A stretch of DNA of 64,000 bases. Origin: Myxococcota bacterium (GTDB lineage Bacteria; Myxococcota_A; UBA796; GCA-2862545). The translations under genes were made by a program, and so were the position numbers. The notes below the pieces were generated by a model. It saw only the letters and a list, made by a program, of their open reading frames with translations. It did not search any database and was not told the DNA's origin. The DNA is taken from positions 1 to 64,000 of the forward strand of contig JBCCQY010000011.1 of the NCBI GenBank assembly GCA_039208735.1. Direction: 5' to 3'. Of this stretch, positions 46,640 through 58,088 are shown in pieces. How positions within the stretch are numbered: the first letter of the stretch is position 1; each line of letters opens with the position of its first letter.

Positions 46640-47932
46640 ATGTCGCTGAACCCCCAAGTCGAGGCGGCACGACGAGGTCGACGCGAGGCATTCGAAGGCC
46701 TGGTTCGCGCCCACGCCGTGGCCGTCCATGCCGTGGCCCTACGCATCGTCAAGGACCCGGTGGCCGCAGATGACGTTGTGCAGGAGACCTTTCTCGCCGC
46801 ATGGCGAGGACTCCCCAAATTGCGCGACGCAGAGCGCTTTTCAGGGTGGGTCCTCGGGATTGCGCGCCGTCGGGCTCAGGACTTGGCCCGCCGTAGTCGG
46901 GACGTGCCCGTTGCCGACATGCAGGTCGCGGAGTCCTCACCGCCACCCGAACAGCGGCTGATGTTGGAAGAATCCGCAGGAACGTTGTGGTCGGCCGTCG
47001 AGTTGCTCTCACCCGGCCAGCGGGACGCGGTGTTGCTGTACTACCGCGAGGGACGCTCGGTGGCCGAGGTCGCCGAGCAACTCGAGGTCCCTGAACCCAC
47101 GGTTCGCAAACGGTTGTCGCGGGCTCGCGCTGATCTCCGGCGCGACGCAGAACTTGTGGCTCAACGGGCTGCTGTCACCGTCGGGGCCTTGGTGGCCGCG
47201 AGCGTGACGCGTCGGGCATGGGCGGTCGGGCTTGGGCTTTCCGCCGCCGTCTGCATGATGCTGGGAGTCGGCGTGGCCCAGACCGTGCAGGGGGTAGCCG
47301 AGTCGTTGCCGCCAAGTACTCCTCCGAACGGTCCCACTGTCGTGGAGGGGCAGGTACCGCAAGGTACGCCGCCCGCCAGCACCCGCGGACGAGCCCACAT
47401 CGAAGCCGCGTTGCTCGCGGCGGAAGATGCGCGGTTCTATGAACACGGCGGGGTGGACGGCCGTGCGATCTTGAGGGCAACGTTCCACAACCTGACTTCG
47501 GATCGTGGGATGCAAGGCGGAAGTACGCTCACGCAACAGCTCGCAAAGCAACGCCTCCAAGGCCGGACGGCCTCGCGCCTCGAGGGCAAGATCGCGGAGA
47601 CGTTGTACGCCTGGAAGTTGGAGACAGACCTGGACAAAGCGACGATCCTGGACCGCTACCTAAGCGAGGTGTGGTTCGGCGGAACCACGCGAGGCATCGA
47701 CGCTGCAGCGGCGGACTTTTTCCACACGACGCCCGAGGCCTTAAGCGTGGGTCAAGCCGCGATGCTGGCCGCACTGCCTGCGGGCCCTGCTGCCTACAAC
47801 CCCCGGACTGCGCCGGTCGCCGCCCGGGCGCGTCGGGCTTGGGTGCTCGCACAAATGGTGGACCGGGGTTGGCTCGATCCTTCTGAGGCCGCTCGCGCCA
47901 ACGCCGAACCCCTCACCGCAGATTCGGACTGA
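46640..47932 (+). CDS. ECF sigma factor fused via a membrane segment to a GT51 transglycosylase domain
   Basis: sigma2 AADDVVQETFLAAW..L..LRD..RFSGW..IAR; sigma4 LSPGQRDAVLLYY.EG.S..EVA..L......VRKRLSRAR; hydrophobic segment; EDARFYEHGGVD, QGGSTLTQQLAK. Confidence 0.9.
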   Translation: MSLNPQVEAARRGRREAFEGLVRAHAVAVHAVALRIVKDPVAADDVVQETFLAAWRGLPKLRDAERFSGWVLGIARRRAQDLARRSRDVPVADMQVAESSPPPEQRLMLEESAGTLWSAVELLSPGQRDAVLLYYREGRSVAEVAEQLEVPEPTVRKRLSRARADLRRDAELVAQRAAVTVGALVAASVTRRAWAVGLGLSAAVCMMLGVGVAQTVQGVAESLPPSTPPNGPTVVEGQVPQGTPPASTRGRAHIEAALLAAEDARFYEHGGVDGRAILRATFHNLTSDRGMQGGSTLTQQLAKQRLQGRTASRLEGKIAETLYAWKLETDLDKATILDRYLSEVWFGGTTRGIDAAAADFFHTTPEALSVGQAAMLAALPAGPAAYNPRTAPVAARARRAWVLAQMVDRGWLDPSEAARANAEPLTADSD

Positions 47933-47940
47933 GCCGTTGG

Positions 47941-48984
47941 TCAACGCGACGGATCGATCTGCAGCGTGTAGCTCGGAGGTGGCTTTGCACGGCTGCGGAC
48001 GGCGATCAAGACAGGCCCCGGACCCGTAACTGCCACCACCGCGCGCCTGCCTCGGCGAACCACGGACGGTTGCTCTGCTTGCCGGACTTCAACCTCGAGG
48101 CGCCCGCGGGCATCTGGGTGGCGTTCGATCACCACCCGATGTGGCCCTGGCGCCAATTCTGGAAGTCGCACGTGGTCCACGCCGCCCTGCAGGGTGCCGC
48201 GGTACCGGATGCCGCGCTCCACAATGGCGGCGCGTTCCGGTTCGTCGTTGGGCTCGACCACAAAGGCGCCAGGGGACTCCTCGACGGCGAAACGGTAGCG
48301 TGGCGCCCCAAACACCGGTCGTAGCAGCACGGTCATGGGCTCCCCGGCCAGGACCCCGATGGTTTTGGTCACCTGCCCGTCCACGAGCATCGGGGGCAGG
48401 GCCTCGCCCCCACGCCACATTGCGGTGAACCATGCCGCGCCACCCTCCAGTTCGAGACCGAGGGACAGATGGCCCGTGTCAGGGCCGGGAATGACCACGA
48501 ACGCATCGTCGTCGCTAAGCTCCCCCTGAACGAGGACCCCCGTGGGAAGGATGTGCCCGGCTTCGGGAGGGTTGGGCTCGAGTTCCCAGCGTTCGGTGCC
48601 CCATTCCACGGCGAGTCGGTAGGGCACGTGCTCTCGCCCCCCTTGGCGCGTGAGGACGAAGCCGTAGCGCTTTCCAGGGTGTACTCCAAGCGTTCGAGCT
48701 TCGCGCAGATCGTCGGCGCGAGCTTCGTCAACGATGCGCCCGCCCTGCCACACTTGAGCCAGGAGCGCGGTGGCATCGTGGTCAAAGTCCACCGTGTAGG
48801 TCAAGCGGTGAGCCCCCGGGGGAATGCGCATGGCGTAGCGATGAACATCGCCGATGCCTTCGAGGGTCGCCACGGCGGGGGCGTCAGGCCGAATCAGGCG
48901 CGCCGACGAGCGGAGGGGAGGAGGATGGTCGGGAGGCGGCGGAGGCTCGGCACACGCCACGAGCAGGGAGAGCCAGGTCATCAC
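47941..48984 (-). CDS. Putative lipoprotein with repeated PPC-like beta domains
   Basis: LSLLVAC lipobox; ELEPN and VVEPND repeat starts; Y.L strands. Confidence 0.6.
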   Translation of the reverse strand: MMTWLSLLVACAEPPPPPDHPPPLRSSARLIRPDAPAVATLEGIGDVHRYAMRIPPGAHRLTYTVDFDHDATALLAQVWQGGRIVDEARADDLREARTLGVHPGKRYGFVLTRQGGREHVPYRLAVEWGTERWELEPNPPEAGHILPTGVLVQGELSDDDAFVVIPGPDTGHLSLGLELEGGAAWFTAMWRGGEALPPMLVDGQVTKTIGVLAGEPMTVLLRPVFGAPRYRFAVEESPGAFVVEPNDEPERAAIVERGIRYRGTLQGGVDHVRLPELAPGPHRVVIERHPDARGRLEVEVRQAEQPSVVRRGRRAVVAVTGPGPVLIAVRSRAKPPPSYTLQIDPSR

Positions 48985-48997
48985 GCCGCCACCGTAC

Positions 48998-50512
48998 TCA
49001 TTTGTCGGGCAGCTTGAGTCCCTTCAGGAGGTCTCCGAACGTGCCAAAGCTGCTGGACTTGGCCTGAGACTGGTGTTGCCGCCAACCACGGTCCGCTTCG
49101 GAGGGATCGTCGAGGAGCGAGACGGTGACGCGAGACCCGTCTTCCCGCAGGATGCGGGCGGTGACCTCTCGGCCACGTCGAAAGCGCTGCGCAAGGACCG
49201 TTCCAGGGGGCAAGGCCACTTCTCCAGAGGGAAGGAAGGCCTGACGACCATCGCCCAACTGCAGAACCACGCCCGCAGGGTTGACCTCGACGACGGTACC
49301 CGTCACCTCGGCCCCCACCGGGACGACTTCCGCATCCCCAAGGACTGGCGCCAACGACAGACGCCGCCGATCGTGATCCACCTCGAGCAAGCGCACCTGA
49401 AGCGTGTCACCCTTTTTGTAGGTACTTCCAGCGAGACGGGAGATGTGGGCCAAGCCCTCGAGACCCGGGGCCAGCTCCACAAACACGCCAAACTCCATCG
49501 TGTTCGTGACCGTGCCCGGGTACACCCCTCCGCCCATGAATTCGGTTCCCACGGCACTCCAGGGGTCGTCCTCGAGGGCCTTCGCGGACAGGGTGAGCTT
49601 GCGGGCCACCGCATCGACATTCAGCACGATGACCTCGACCGCCTGGCCCGGCTTCACGACCTGGCGCGGATCGTCGATGCGACCCCAGCCGATCTCGGAC
49701 TTTGGCACAAGGCCATCCACGCCTCCGATGTCGACAAAGAAGCCGAAGGGCTGCACCGACGTCACGAGGCCACGATGGCTCTGTCCCTCTTCGAGGGTTG
49801 GCCACAGTGCGCGAGCCTTCTCTTCGGCTTCCTTCTCTTGCAAGGCGCGTCGGGACAACACGACGCGGTCGCCGGTCTCAAGCACCTCAAACTGGAGCAC
49901 CTGGCCGATGTAGCCATCCGGGTCCACGCCCTGACGACGCGACATCTGCGAAGCGGGTACGAAGGCGCGAACCGGGCCCACGCGCACGGTAAACCCACCC
50001 TTGTTCCGCGACTCGACCTTTCCTTCCACCGGAAGGCCGGCCGCTTGCGCGTCTGCGAGGTGTTCCGCCGCGGCGGCTCCCGTGAGCTTGCTCGTGAGCA
50101 AGACGAGCCCATCGTCGGCGCGCACCACAAACGCGGTGATCTCGTCGCCTGCCTTGGCGTCCGGATCGGGAAGGTCGCCCCGTTCGAGCTGCCCCTCGGA
50201 CTTGCCCCCCAGATCGATGAACGCTGTGTCCCGTCCGATGCGCGTGATTTTGCCCGTCACTTTGGTGCCGGGCTCGAGGGAGACCCGTTGGCTTGAGCCA
50301 TCCATCAAGGCGGCCAGCTCGTCGGGGTTCATCGATGCGAGAAGCTCGAGATCCGACAGATCGAGCTTTCCACCCTCCACTTCGCCGGTAGCAGGTCCAT
50401 CGTCCACCGGCGATGCAGCCGGCGTCTCGACCGGCGTCTCTGGTTCGGGCTTGCGCTCTGGGCGACGGGGTTGACCGGCGGGCACGCGGCGCGGCGGTTT
50501 CGGATTGGCCAT
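48998..50512 (-). CDS. RpsA-like S1 RNA-binding protein (five S1 repeats, Pro-rich N-terminal extension)
   Basis: AFIDLGGKSEG, RAFVPASQM, FGFFVDIGGVDGL, FGVFVELAPGLEGL.HIS, QAFLPSGE; C-terminal FGTFGDLL. Confidence 0.88.
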   Translation of the reverse strand: MANPKPPRRVPAGQPRRPERKPEPETPVETPAASPVDDGPATGEVEGGKLDLSDLELLASMNPDELAALMDGSSQRVSLEPGTKVTGKITRIGRDTAFIDLGGKSEGQLERGDLPDPDAKAGDEITAFVVRADDGLVLLTSKLTGAAAAEHLADAQAAGLPVEGKVESRNKGGFTVRVGPVRAFVPASQMSRRQGVDPDGYIGQVLQFEVLETGDRVVLSRRALQEKEAEEKARALWPTLEEGQSHRGLVTSVQPFGFFVDIGGVDGLVPKSEIGWGRIDDPRQVVKPGQAVEVIVLNVDAVARKLTLSAKALEDDPWSAVGTEFMGGGVYPGTVTNTMEFGVFVELAPGLEGLAHISRLAGSTYKKGDTLQVRLLEVDHDRRRLSLAPVLGDAEVVPVGAEVTGTVVEVNPAGVVLQLGDGRQAFLPSGEVALPPGTVLAQRFRRGREVTARILREDGSRVTVSLLDDPSEADRGWRQHQSQAKSSSFGTFGDLLKGLKLPDK

Positions 50513-50524
50513 GGGTTCCTCGGT

Positions 50525-52661
<2,137 letters not shown>

Positions 52662-52803
52662 GGTCTTCCGAATGGGAGTTAAGGCGGCTCCCTGACCGCA
52701 TAGCGGTCTCCGCTGGGCGTGAAATTCGCGCCGACGGCTTGACCCTTTGGCTGGGGTGATTCCCCTTAGCCGAACCGTAGACTGCGACGACTGCGAGGCG
52801 AGG

Positions 52804-53088
52804 GTGGAAGCAATCCTCTCAAATCCCCTGTTCCCCTTATTGATCGGAATTGGGATCTTCTATTTTCTGGTGATCCGACCGGCCAACCAGGAACGGGAGG
52901 CCAAGGAGAAGCTCCTGGCCTCGCTAGCCAAGGATGACAAAGTCGTGACGGCCGCAGGTCTGTGGGGCACTGTGGTGAGCGTGTCCGACCACACGGTCGA
53001 ACTTCAGATCGCCGACAAGGCGCGTGTGACCGTCGACAAAAGTAGCGTGGCACGTCGCCAGGGCGAGCCCGAGAAGCCCACGTCGTAG
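52804..53088 (+). CDS. yajC: Preprotein translocase subunit YajC
   Basis: IFYFLVIRP, L.KDDKVVTAAGLWG.V; directly precedes secD. Confidence 0.92.
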   Translation: MEAILSNPLFPLLIGIGIFYFLVIRPANQEREAKEKLLASLAKDDKVVTAAGLWGTVVSVSDHTVELQIADKARVTVDKSSVARRQGEPEKPTS

Positions 53089-53097
53089 GGAGACGAA

Positions 53098-55524
53098 GTG
53101 GAAAGCATGAACTGGCTTCGACTGGGCGCCATCGCGGCCCTGGTGCTGGGTTCCATCTACGTTCTATTGCCCGCCGCATTGGTGGACGACACGGATGCTC
53201 GAGTTGAGAGCTTCCAGAACGAAGTTGGCCAGCCAGAGAGCACGAAGCGACTGCCATTGACGGTGACCGCAGGCGATGCTGCGGAGGTCATCGCGGCCAT
53301 CCAGACGCGTCTCGGCGTCGCCTCCGTCGACGTGGCGTCGATCGAGGCGGACGGTGATGAGGGTCTGGTCATCGACCTAGGGGATGCCTCGTTCGACACC
53401 GTTTCGGGGTTGCTCGGCAAGCCTGGCGCGGCCGTGGTCGTCGCATTGGACGACCTTTCGGTCGACGAACAGGACGATGACAGCGTTTCCGACGCGGTCA
53501 AGGAGGCGGTGGAGGCAGCAGGGCTTCCGGTGGATGCGACGTCCAAGAAGCTCGGTGCCGTCGTGCGAGCCGTGGCTCTCGACGACCTTGCACTTGCGGA
53601 ACTCCAGAGTCGAGCCGTCATGGGGTTGCAGCAAGCGGAGGCCGAGGACGGCAAGCCCGCGTCGCTCGTGGCGGTTCTCGCGCCCAGCGACGACGAAGCG
53701 ACGGCGAAGGCCCGCGTGCTGCTCATCAATGGCAAGCCCGCGGGCCTCGTGCTTGAAGAGGATGCGGTGGTGCCGTTGACCGATGCGGTCCGCCCTGACT
53801 TGGCGAAGTTGGTTTCGCTGGCAGGTACGGTCTCGCCGAAACGCAGCAAGACCGTCAAGACCGAAGCCGTCGAAGATGACTCGCTTGAGAATGTTCCGCC
53901 TTGGCTTGCGGCCATCCTCCCCGACACCCAGGTCAACCTGGGCCTTGACCTGCAGGGAGGCATCGACCTCACGTTGCAGGTCGAACTCGATGCGGCGGTC
54001 CTCAACCAGGCCAAGCGCGACACCCAGGGCCTTGTGGAGAAGGCCAAAGAGGATGACCTGATCCTCGATTCGGTGACTCGAATGTTCGGTGAGCCCACCC
54101 TCGAGGTGGTTTCCGACGCTGAACTCGGCAAGATCACCACCTTCATGCGGAACCAGCTCGGGGCCCAGAACTACCAGTACGTCGAGTCCGACGGCACGAC
54201 CCACCGCTATGAGATGACCGACGAACGGCGCGCCGAGGTCGAAGAGCAGTCGATGAACCAGGTGCTCGAAACGCTGCGGAAGCGGATCGACGCCACCGGC
54301 GTCAAGGAGCCTGCCATCGTCCGCAAAGGCAGCGGCCGCATCAATGTGCAGCTGCCAGGCCTCGAAGACCCCAAGGTAGCCCTCGACGTCATCGGTCAGG
54401 CTGCGGTCCTCGAATTCCATATGGTCGACATGGAGTTTGACGACGCTCTGCTCGAAGAGGTCCTCGACAGTGCTCAGGACCAGCTTCCCCAAAGCGAGTT
54501 CTTCGACGACGAGCTGCTGAACAAGTGGCTACACGACACGGGGCGCCTCGACCGCGACCGCATCGTGTTGTGGAGCGAGCCCGGCAACGAAGAACAATGG
54601 GCCGGTGCGGTCGACATTTGGCCGCGTGAACTCAACAACGATGGGGTTCTTGAAGCAGCCCCCATGGTCCTCTTCGATAAGATCGAGTTGACCGGCAACG
54701 ACATCAACGATGCTGGGGTCGGATTTGACCAGAACAACCAGGCCGGCGTTTCCATCGACTTCAAGCCGCGCGGCGGACAGGTCTTCTGCGACCTCACCAA
54801 GGATGCGGTAGGTCAGCGGTTCGCCATTGTGCTTGACCGCATCATCATGAGCGCGCCGAGCATTCGGGAGCGCATCTGCGGCGGGTCGGCTCGGATCGAC
54901 ATGAATGCTTCCGTCGATCCCCTCTCGGAGTCCAAGGCGTTGGCGCTGGTGCTACGCACGGGGGCCCTCGACGCACCGGTGGTGGTAGCCAGTGTCAGTC
55001 AGGTCGGAGCCTCGCTAGGGGCCGACGCGATTCGGGCCGGGGCGACGGGAGCCGTCGTCGGGGTGCTCATCGTGCTGCTCTTCATGGCCCTGTGGTACCG
55101 GACGGCGGGACTCATCGCGGATTTCGCCATCGTCGTGAACATTTTGCTCGTCCTCGCGGCCCTCGCGAGCTTCGGCGCGACGCTCACGCTCCCCGGTATT
55201 GCTGGTATTGCCTTGACCGTTGGTATGGCGGTCGACGCCAACATCATCATCTACGAGCGAGTCCGCGAGGAGCTACGGCTCGGCGTACAGCCTCGCAAGG
55301 CGGTGGATGTGGGCTTCGAAAAGGCGGTGGTGGCGGTTCTTGACGCCAACATCACCACGGCCATCGCCGGTATCGTCCTGTACTCGTACGGCACGGGGCC
55401 CATCAAGGGCTTCGCCGTCACCCTGCTCATTGGGATCGGCACCACCCTGGTGACCGCTCTCTTCGTCACCCGAACGATCATGGAGCTCGTCACGCGCAGC
55501 TCCACGGCCCGTCTGCGGATCTGA
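53098..55524 (+). CDS. secD: Protein translocase subunit SecD with enlarged periplasmic region
   Basis: LGLDLQGG, RID..GV.EP, GASLG.D.I, LTLPGIAG..LT.GMAVDAN, DANITT, GPIKGFA. Confidence 0.96.
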   Translation: MESMNWLRLGAIAALVLGSIYVLLPAALVDDTDARVESFQNEVGQPESTKRLPLTVTAGDAAEVIAAIQTRLGVASVDVASIEADGDEGLVIDLGDASFDTVSGLLGKPGAAVVVALDDLSVDEQDDDSVSDAVKEAVEAAGLPVDATSKKLGAVVRAVALDDLALAELQSRAVMGLQQAEAEDGKPASLVAVLAPSDDEATAKARVLLINGKPAGLVLEEDAVVPLTDAVRPDLAKLVSLAGTVSPKRSKTVKTEAVEDDSLENVPPWLAAILPDTQVNLGLDLQGGIDLTLQVELDAAVLNQAKRDTQGLVEKAKEDDLILDSVTRMFGEPTLEVVSDAELGKITTFMRNQLGAQNYQYVESDGTTHRYEMTDERRAEVEEQSMNQVLETLRKRIDATGVKEPAIVRKGSGRINVQLPGLEDPKVALDVIGQAAVLEFHMVDMEFDDALLEEVLDSAQDQLPQSEFFDDELLNKWLHDTGRLDRDRIVLWSEPGNEEQWAGAVDIWPRELNNDGVLEAAPMVLFDKIELTGNDINDAGVGFDQNNQAGVSIDFKPRGGQVFCDLTKDAVGQRFAIVLDRIIMSAPSIRERICGGSARIDMNASVDPLSESKALALVLRTGALDAPVVVASVSQVGASLGADAIRAGATGAVVGVLIVLLFMALWYRTAGLIADFAIVVNILLVLAALASFGATLTLPGIAGIALTVGMAVDANIIIYERVREELRLGVQPRKAVDVGFEKAVVAVLDANITTAIAGIVLYSYGTGPIKGFAVTLLIGIGTTLVTALFVTRTIMELVTRSSTARLRI

Positions 55525-55531
55525 GGCGAAC

Positions 55532-56785
55532 ATGTTCGAAGAGATCAAACGGCGACTCGACGGGTTCGAATTCGACTTCGTCTCGTTGCGGAATCGACTG
55601 GGCGCCGCGAGTGCCATCTTGGTGGCTCTGTCGTGGGTGTTGTTCGCGGCGATTGGCCCGAATTGGGGCATCGACTTTACAGGCGGCACCCAGATCCAGC
55701 TGAAGTTTGCAGAGCCCATTGAGATCGGCGAGATGCGTCGCGCGCTGACGACGATCGGGGTGGCTGGCGACTCCATTCAGTCGGTCAACGGCGAGGATTC
55801 GGGCGAGTTTATCGTGCGGATCCAAGACCCTCGCTTTGGGATGGAGGGTCTGGAGGACGACGTCCGCAACGCTCTCGAATCGACCTTCGGCAACGACTTC
55901 GTCGATGGCGAGATCCAGTCGAGCGTCGAGGTCTCGGCGCGCTTCGTGGTGAATTACAACGGCGAGCCTCGACCGTTCCAGGAGTTGGGCAAGGAACTCG
56001 AAGGAGCGCTGCCCCAGCTGTCCGCGGTGGGACCGGGGAGCGACGAGAATCAGATCGTCCTCACCGTGGGAGGGATTGATCAGCGCATTAAGGCGCGAAT
56101 CAAGGAGGCCATCAATCAGCCGTTCGAGGTGACCGAGTTGTCGGCGGTGGGGCCCAAGGTGGGCGGTGAACTCCGTCGCCAGGGCTTCATCTCGATTGCC
56201 GCGACCTTGGCCCTGGTGCTGCTGTACGTGGCCTTCAGGTTCGACGTGGGCTTTGCCCCAGGAGCGGTGGTGGCGTTGTTCCACGACGTGTCACTGACCG
56301 TCGGGGTCTTCGTCGCCCTGCAGCTCGAATTCAACCTGCCCATGATCGGCGCCCTGCTCACCATTGTCGGGTACTCGCTCAACGACACGATCGTCATTTA
56401 CGACCGCATTCGCGAGAATCGCGAGCGTCACCGACGAACCGACCTGCCCGGCCTCATCAACGTCTCCATTAGCGAGACGTTGACGCGAACCGTCGCAACG
56501 TCGCTCACCACGATGCTCGCCATCATCGCCTTCCTCGCCATCGGCGGCCCGGTCATCCGGAACTTCGCGTTCGCCATGCTGCTCGGCATCGTCTTTGGTA
56601 CCTACTCGACGATCTTCGTGGCATCGCCCATGATTCTTGTCATGGAGCGGGTCAAGCCCTACCTCCAGCAGCTCATCGCGATCAACGAAGAAGAAGAGGA
56701 CGATGACGGCGGTCCGCCCATGACCGAAAGCGAGAAGCGTCGCCGGGCCCGCGAAGAGGCCGAGCGCCCCGATGCTCCGGCTTAG
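55532..56785 (+). CDS. secF: Protein translocase subunit SecF
   Basis: GIDFTGG, VGPKVG.EL, ALFHD, GYSLNDTIVIYDRIRE, TL.RT..TS, GTYSTIF.A. Confidence 0.96.
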   Translation: MFEEIKRRLDGFEFDFVSLRNRLGAASAILVALSWVLFAAIGPNWGIDFTGGTQIQLKFAEPIEIGEMRRALTTIGVAGDSIQSVNGEDSGEFIVRIQDPRFGMEGLEDDVRNALESTFGNDFVDGEIQSSVEVSARFVVNYNGEPRPFQELGKELEGALPQLSAVGPGSDENQIVLTVGGIDQRIKARIKEAINQPFEVTELSAVGPKVGGELRRQGFISIAATLALVLLYVAFRFDVGFAPGAVVALFHDVSLTVGVFVALQLEFNLPMIGALLTIVGYSLNDTIVIYDRIRENRERHRRTDLPGLINVSISETLTRTVATSLTTMLAIIAFLAIGGPVIRNFAFAMLLGIVFGTYSTIFVASPMILVMERVKPYLQQLIAINEEEEDDDGGPPMTESEKRRRAREEAERPDAPA

Positions 56786-57183
56786 TCTTCGTGGGCTAAG
56801 CGAGCGATGAGTCGCTCACAGACCGCGCGGAGCAAGGAGTAGTTCTTGTTCCGCGCGGGACAGTGCTCCTCTTCGTAGTCGAGCACCACGAGCCACGATC
56901 GCTGGTGCTCAACGCTGTTGTAGGGATGTTGGTAGGCCGCGGCGGCGAGGTCGCGGAGCGTGGCGTCCGCATCTTCCGGCAAATGGGGCGCCCGGGAGAC
57001 CGGCGTGCAGCCAGGCTTGAAGTGCTCTTCGACCCGCTGCCGGACGAGCTGGGGAAACGACTGCCATCGTCGAAAGAAGAGGTCGGCCATGGCCTTAGCG
57101 GCAGCGCGGGTTTCGATGCGCCCATTGCGGGCCTGATGTTCCGCCATCAAGAAGCGTTCGAAGGTCGAAACGGGATCGCCCAT
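56782..57183 (-). CDS. Hypothetical protein
   Basis: 133-aa ORF with natural composition, downstream of a co-oriented hydrolase. Confidence 0.55.
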   Translation of the reverse strand: MGDPVSTFERFLMAEHQARNGRIETRAAAKAMADLFFRRWQSFPQLVRQRVEEHFKPGCTPVSRAPHLPEDADATLRDLAAAAYQHPYNSVEHQRSWLVVLDYEEEHCPARNKNYSLLRAVCERLIARLAHED

Positions 57184-57219
57184 CCGCGATTCGTACCGAC
57201 CCCACCGCGGGTCGTCGAA

Positions 57220-57945
57220 TCAGCGGTGGGTGGCGAGGAACTCGCGGACCTGGGTCTGCACGGCGTCCGCGTGGTGTGGGGCCTTCCATTCGCGAACAAA
57301 GGTGACGTGAGGCAGCTGTTCTGCGAGAAGTTCCGAGACATCTAGAGGATGGAAGGAATCGTTGCCGGCGAACAAGAGTACCGGGGTTCGAATGGCGGCT
57401 GCCTCATCGGGGGTCACGGTGAAGACGAAGGTCCCACCGAACATCGCGGCGCGAAACCGTTGCCATCGATCCTCGTCGGCTTCGGGATGGTCGGCCTCGA
57501 TCTCGGATCGCCAGGCGTCGAATCGCTGATCGAGCGCATCCTGGTTCTCACTCTTGCCAAGGGGCTGAAACAGTACGGCGGCGGCCACCTGCTCGGCTCT
57601 CGCGCGGCAAAGCGCAAGCCCGTAAGGACCCCCAATGCACATGCCGAGGACTGCGAAGCGCGGAAGGTTCAGGTGGTCCACCAGCGCCAATTGATCGGCG
57701 AGGTACGTCGACCAGTCGTGATCGGGCTCGATCGGACCCTTCGATGCACCTGCGTTGCGCTGATCCATCGCGATCAGGCGCACCCGGTCAAGGTAGCCGT
57801 GGGGGTCGATCCACCCACGTTGCCAGGCTTGAATGGTCGAAGTCATCCCCCCGGGGGCAAGCAACAAAACCGGGAAGGCATCGGGGGAACCCGTGATCTG
57901 GTAGTGGAGGACTACGTCTCGGGACGTGTCGTGAAAGCTCGGCAT
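57220..57945 (-). CDS. Alpha/beta hydrolase with Cys at the nucleophile elbow
   Basis: APGG, MDQRNAG.S, GMCIGG, GND.FHP. Confidence 0.82.
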   Translation of the reverse strand: MPSFHDTSRDVVLHYQITGSPDAFPVLLLAPGGMTSTIQAWQRGWIDPHGYLDRVRLIAMDQRNAGASKGPIEPDHDWSTYLADQLALVDHLNLPRFAVLGMCIGGPYGLALCRARAEQVAAAVLFQPLGKSENQDALDQRFDAWRSEIEADHPEADEDRWQRFRAAMFGGTFVFTVTPDEAAAIRTPVLLFAGNDSFHPLDVSELLAEQLPHVTFVREWKAPHHADAVQTQVREFLATHR

Positions 57946-58088
57946 GCGGGGAGCATACCCGTCGTGGGGCCTGAAGCACGAACCGCGATGTGCCGATACG
58001 GAAGCCAGGGGGAATCACGGGTGTCGGCCATGCCACCACCGCACGATCACCTGGTTGCGCCCGAGCCCACGAGCCGTCGGGGGAGGAT

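Noticed and set aside
48854..50296. 480-aa plus-strand ORF (and similar ORFs at 60739-62340, 26035-27234, 2941-4068)
   Set aside because: Antisense to well-supported genes; typical stop-poor frames of high-GC DNA.
52662..52803. preQ1 riboswitch upstream of queA
   Set aside because: No recognisable preQ1 consensus. Short hairpins are expected by chance in GC-rich DNA.
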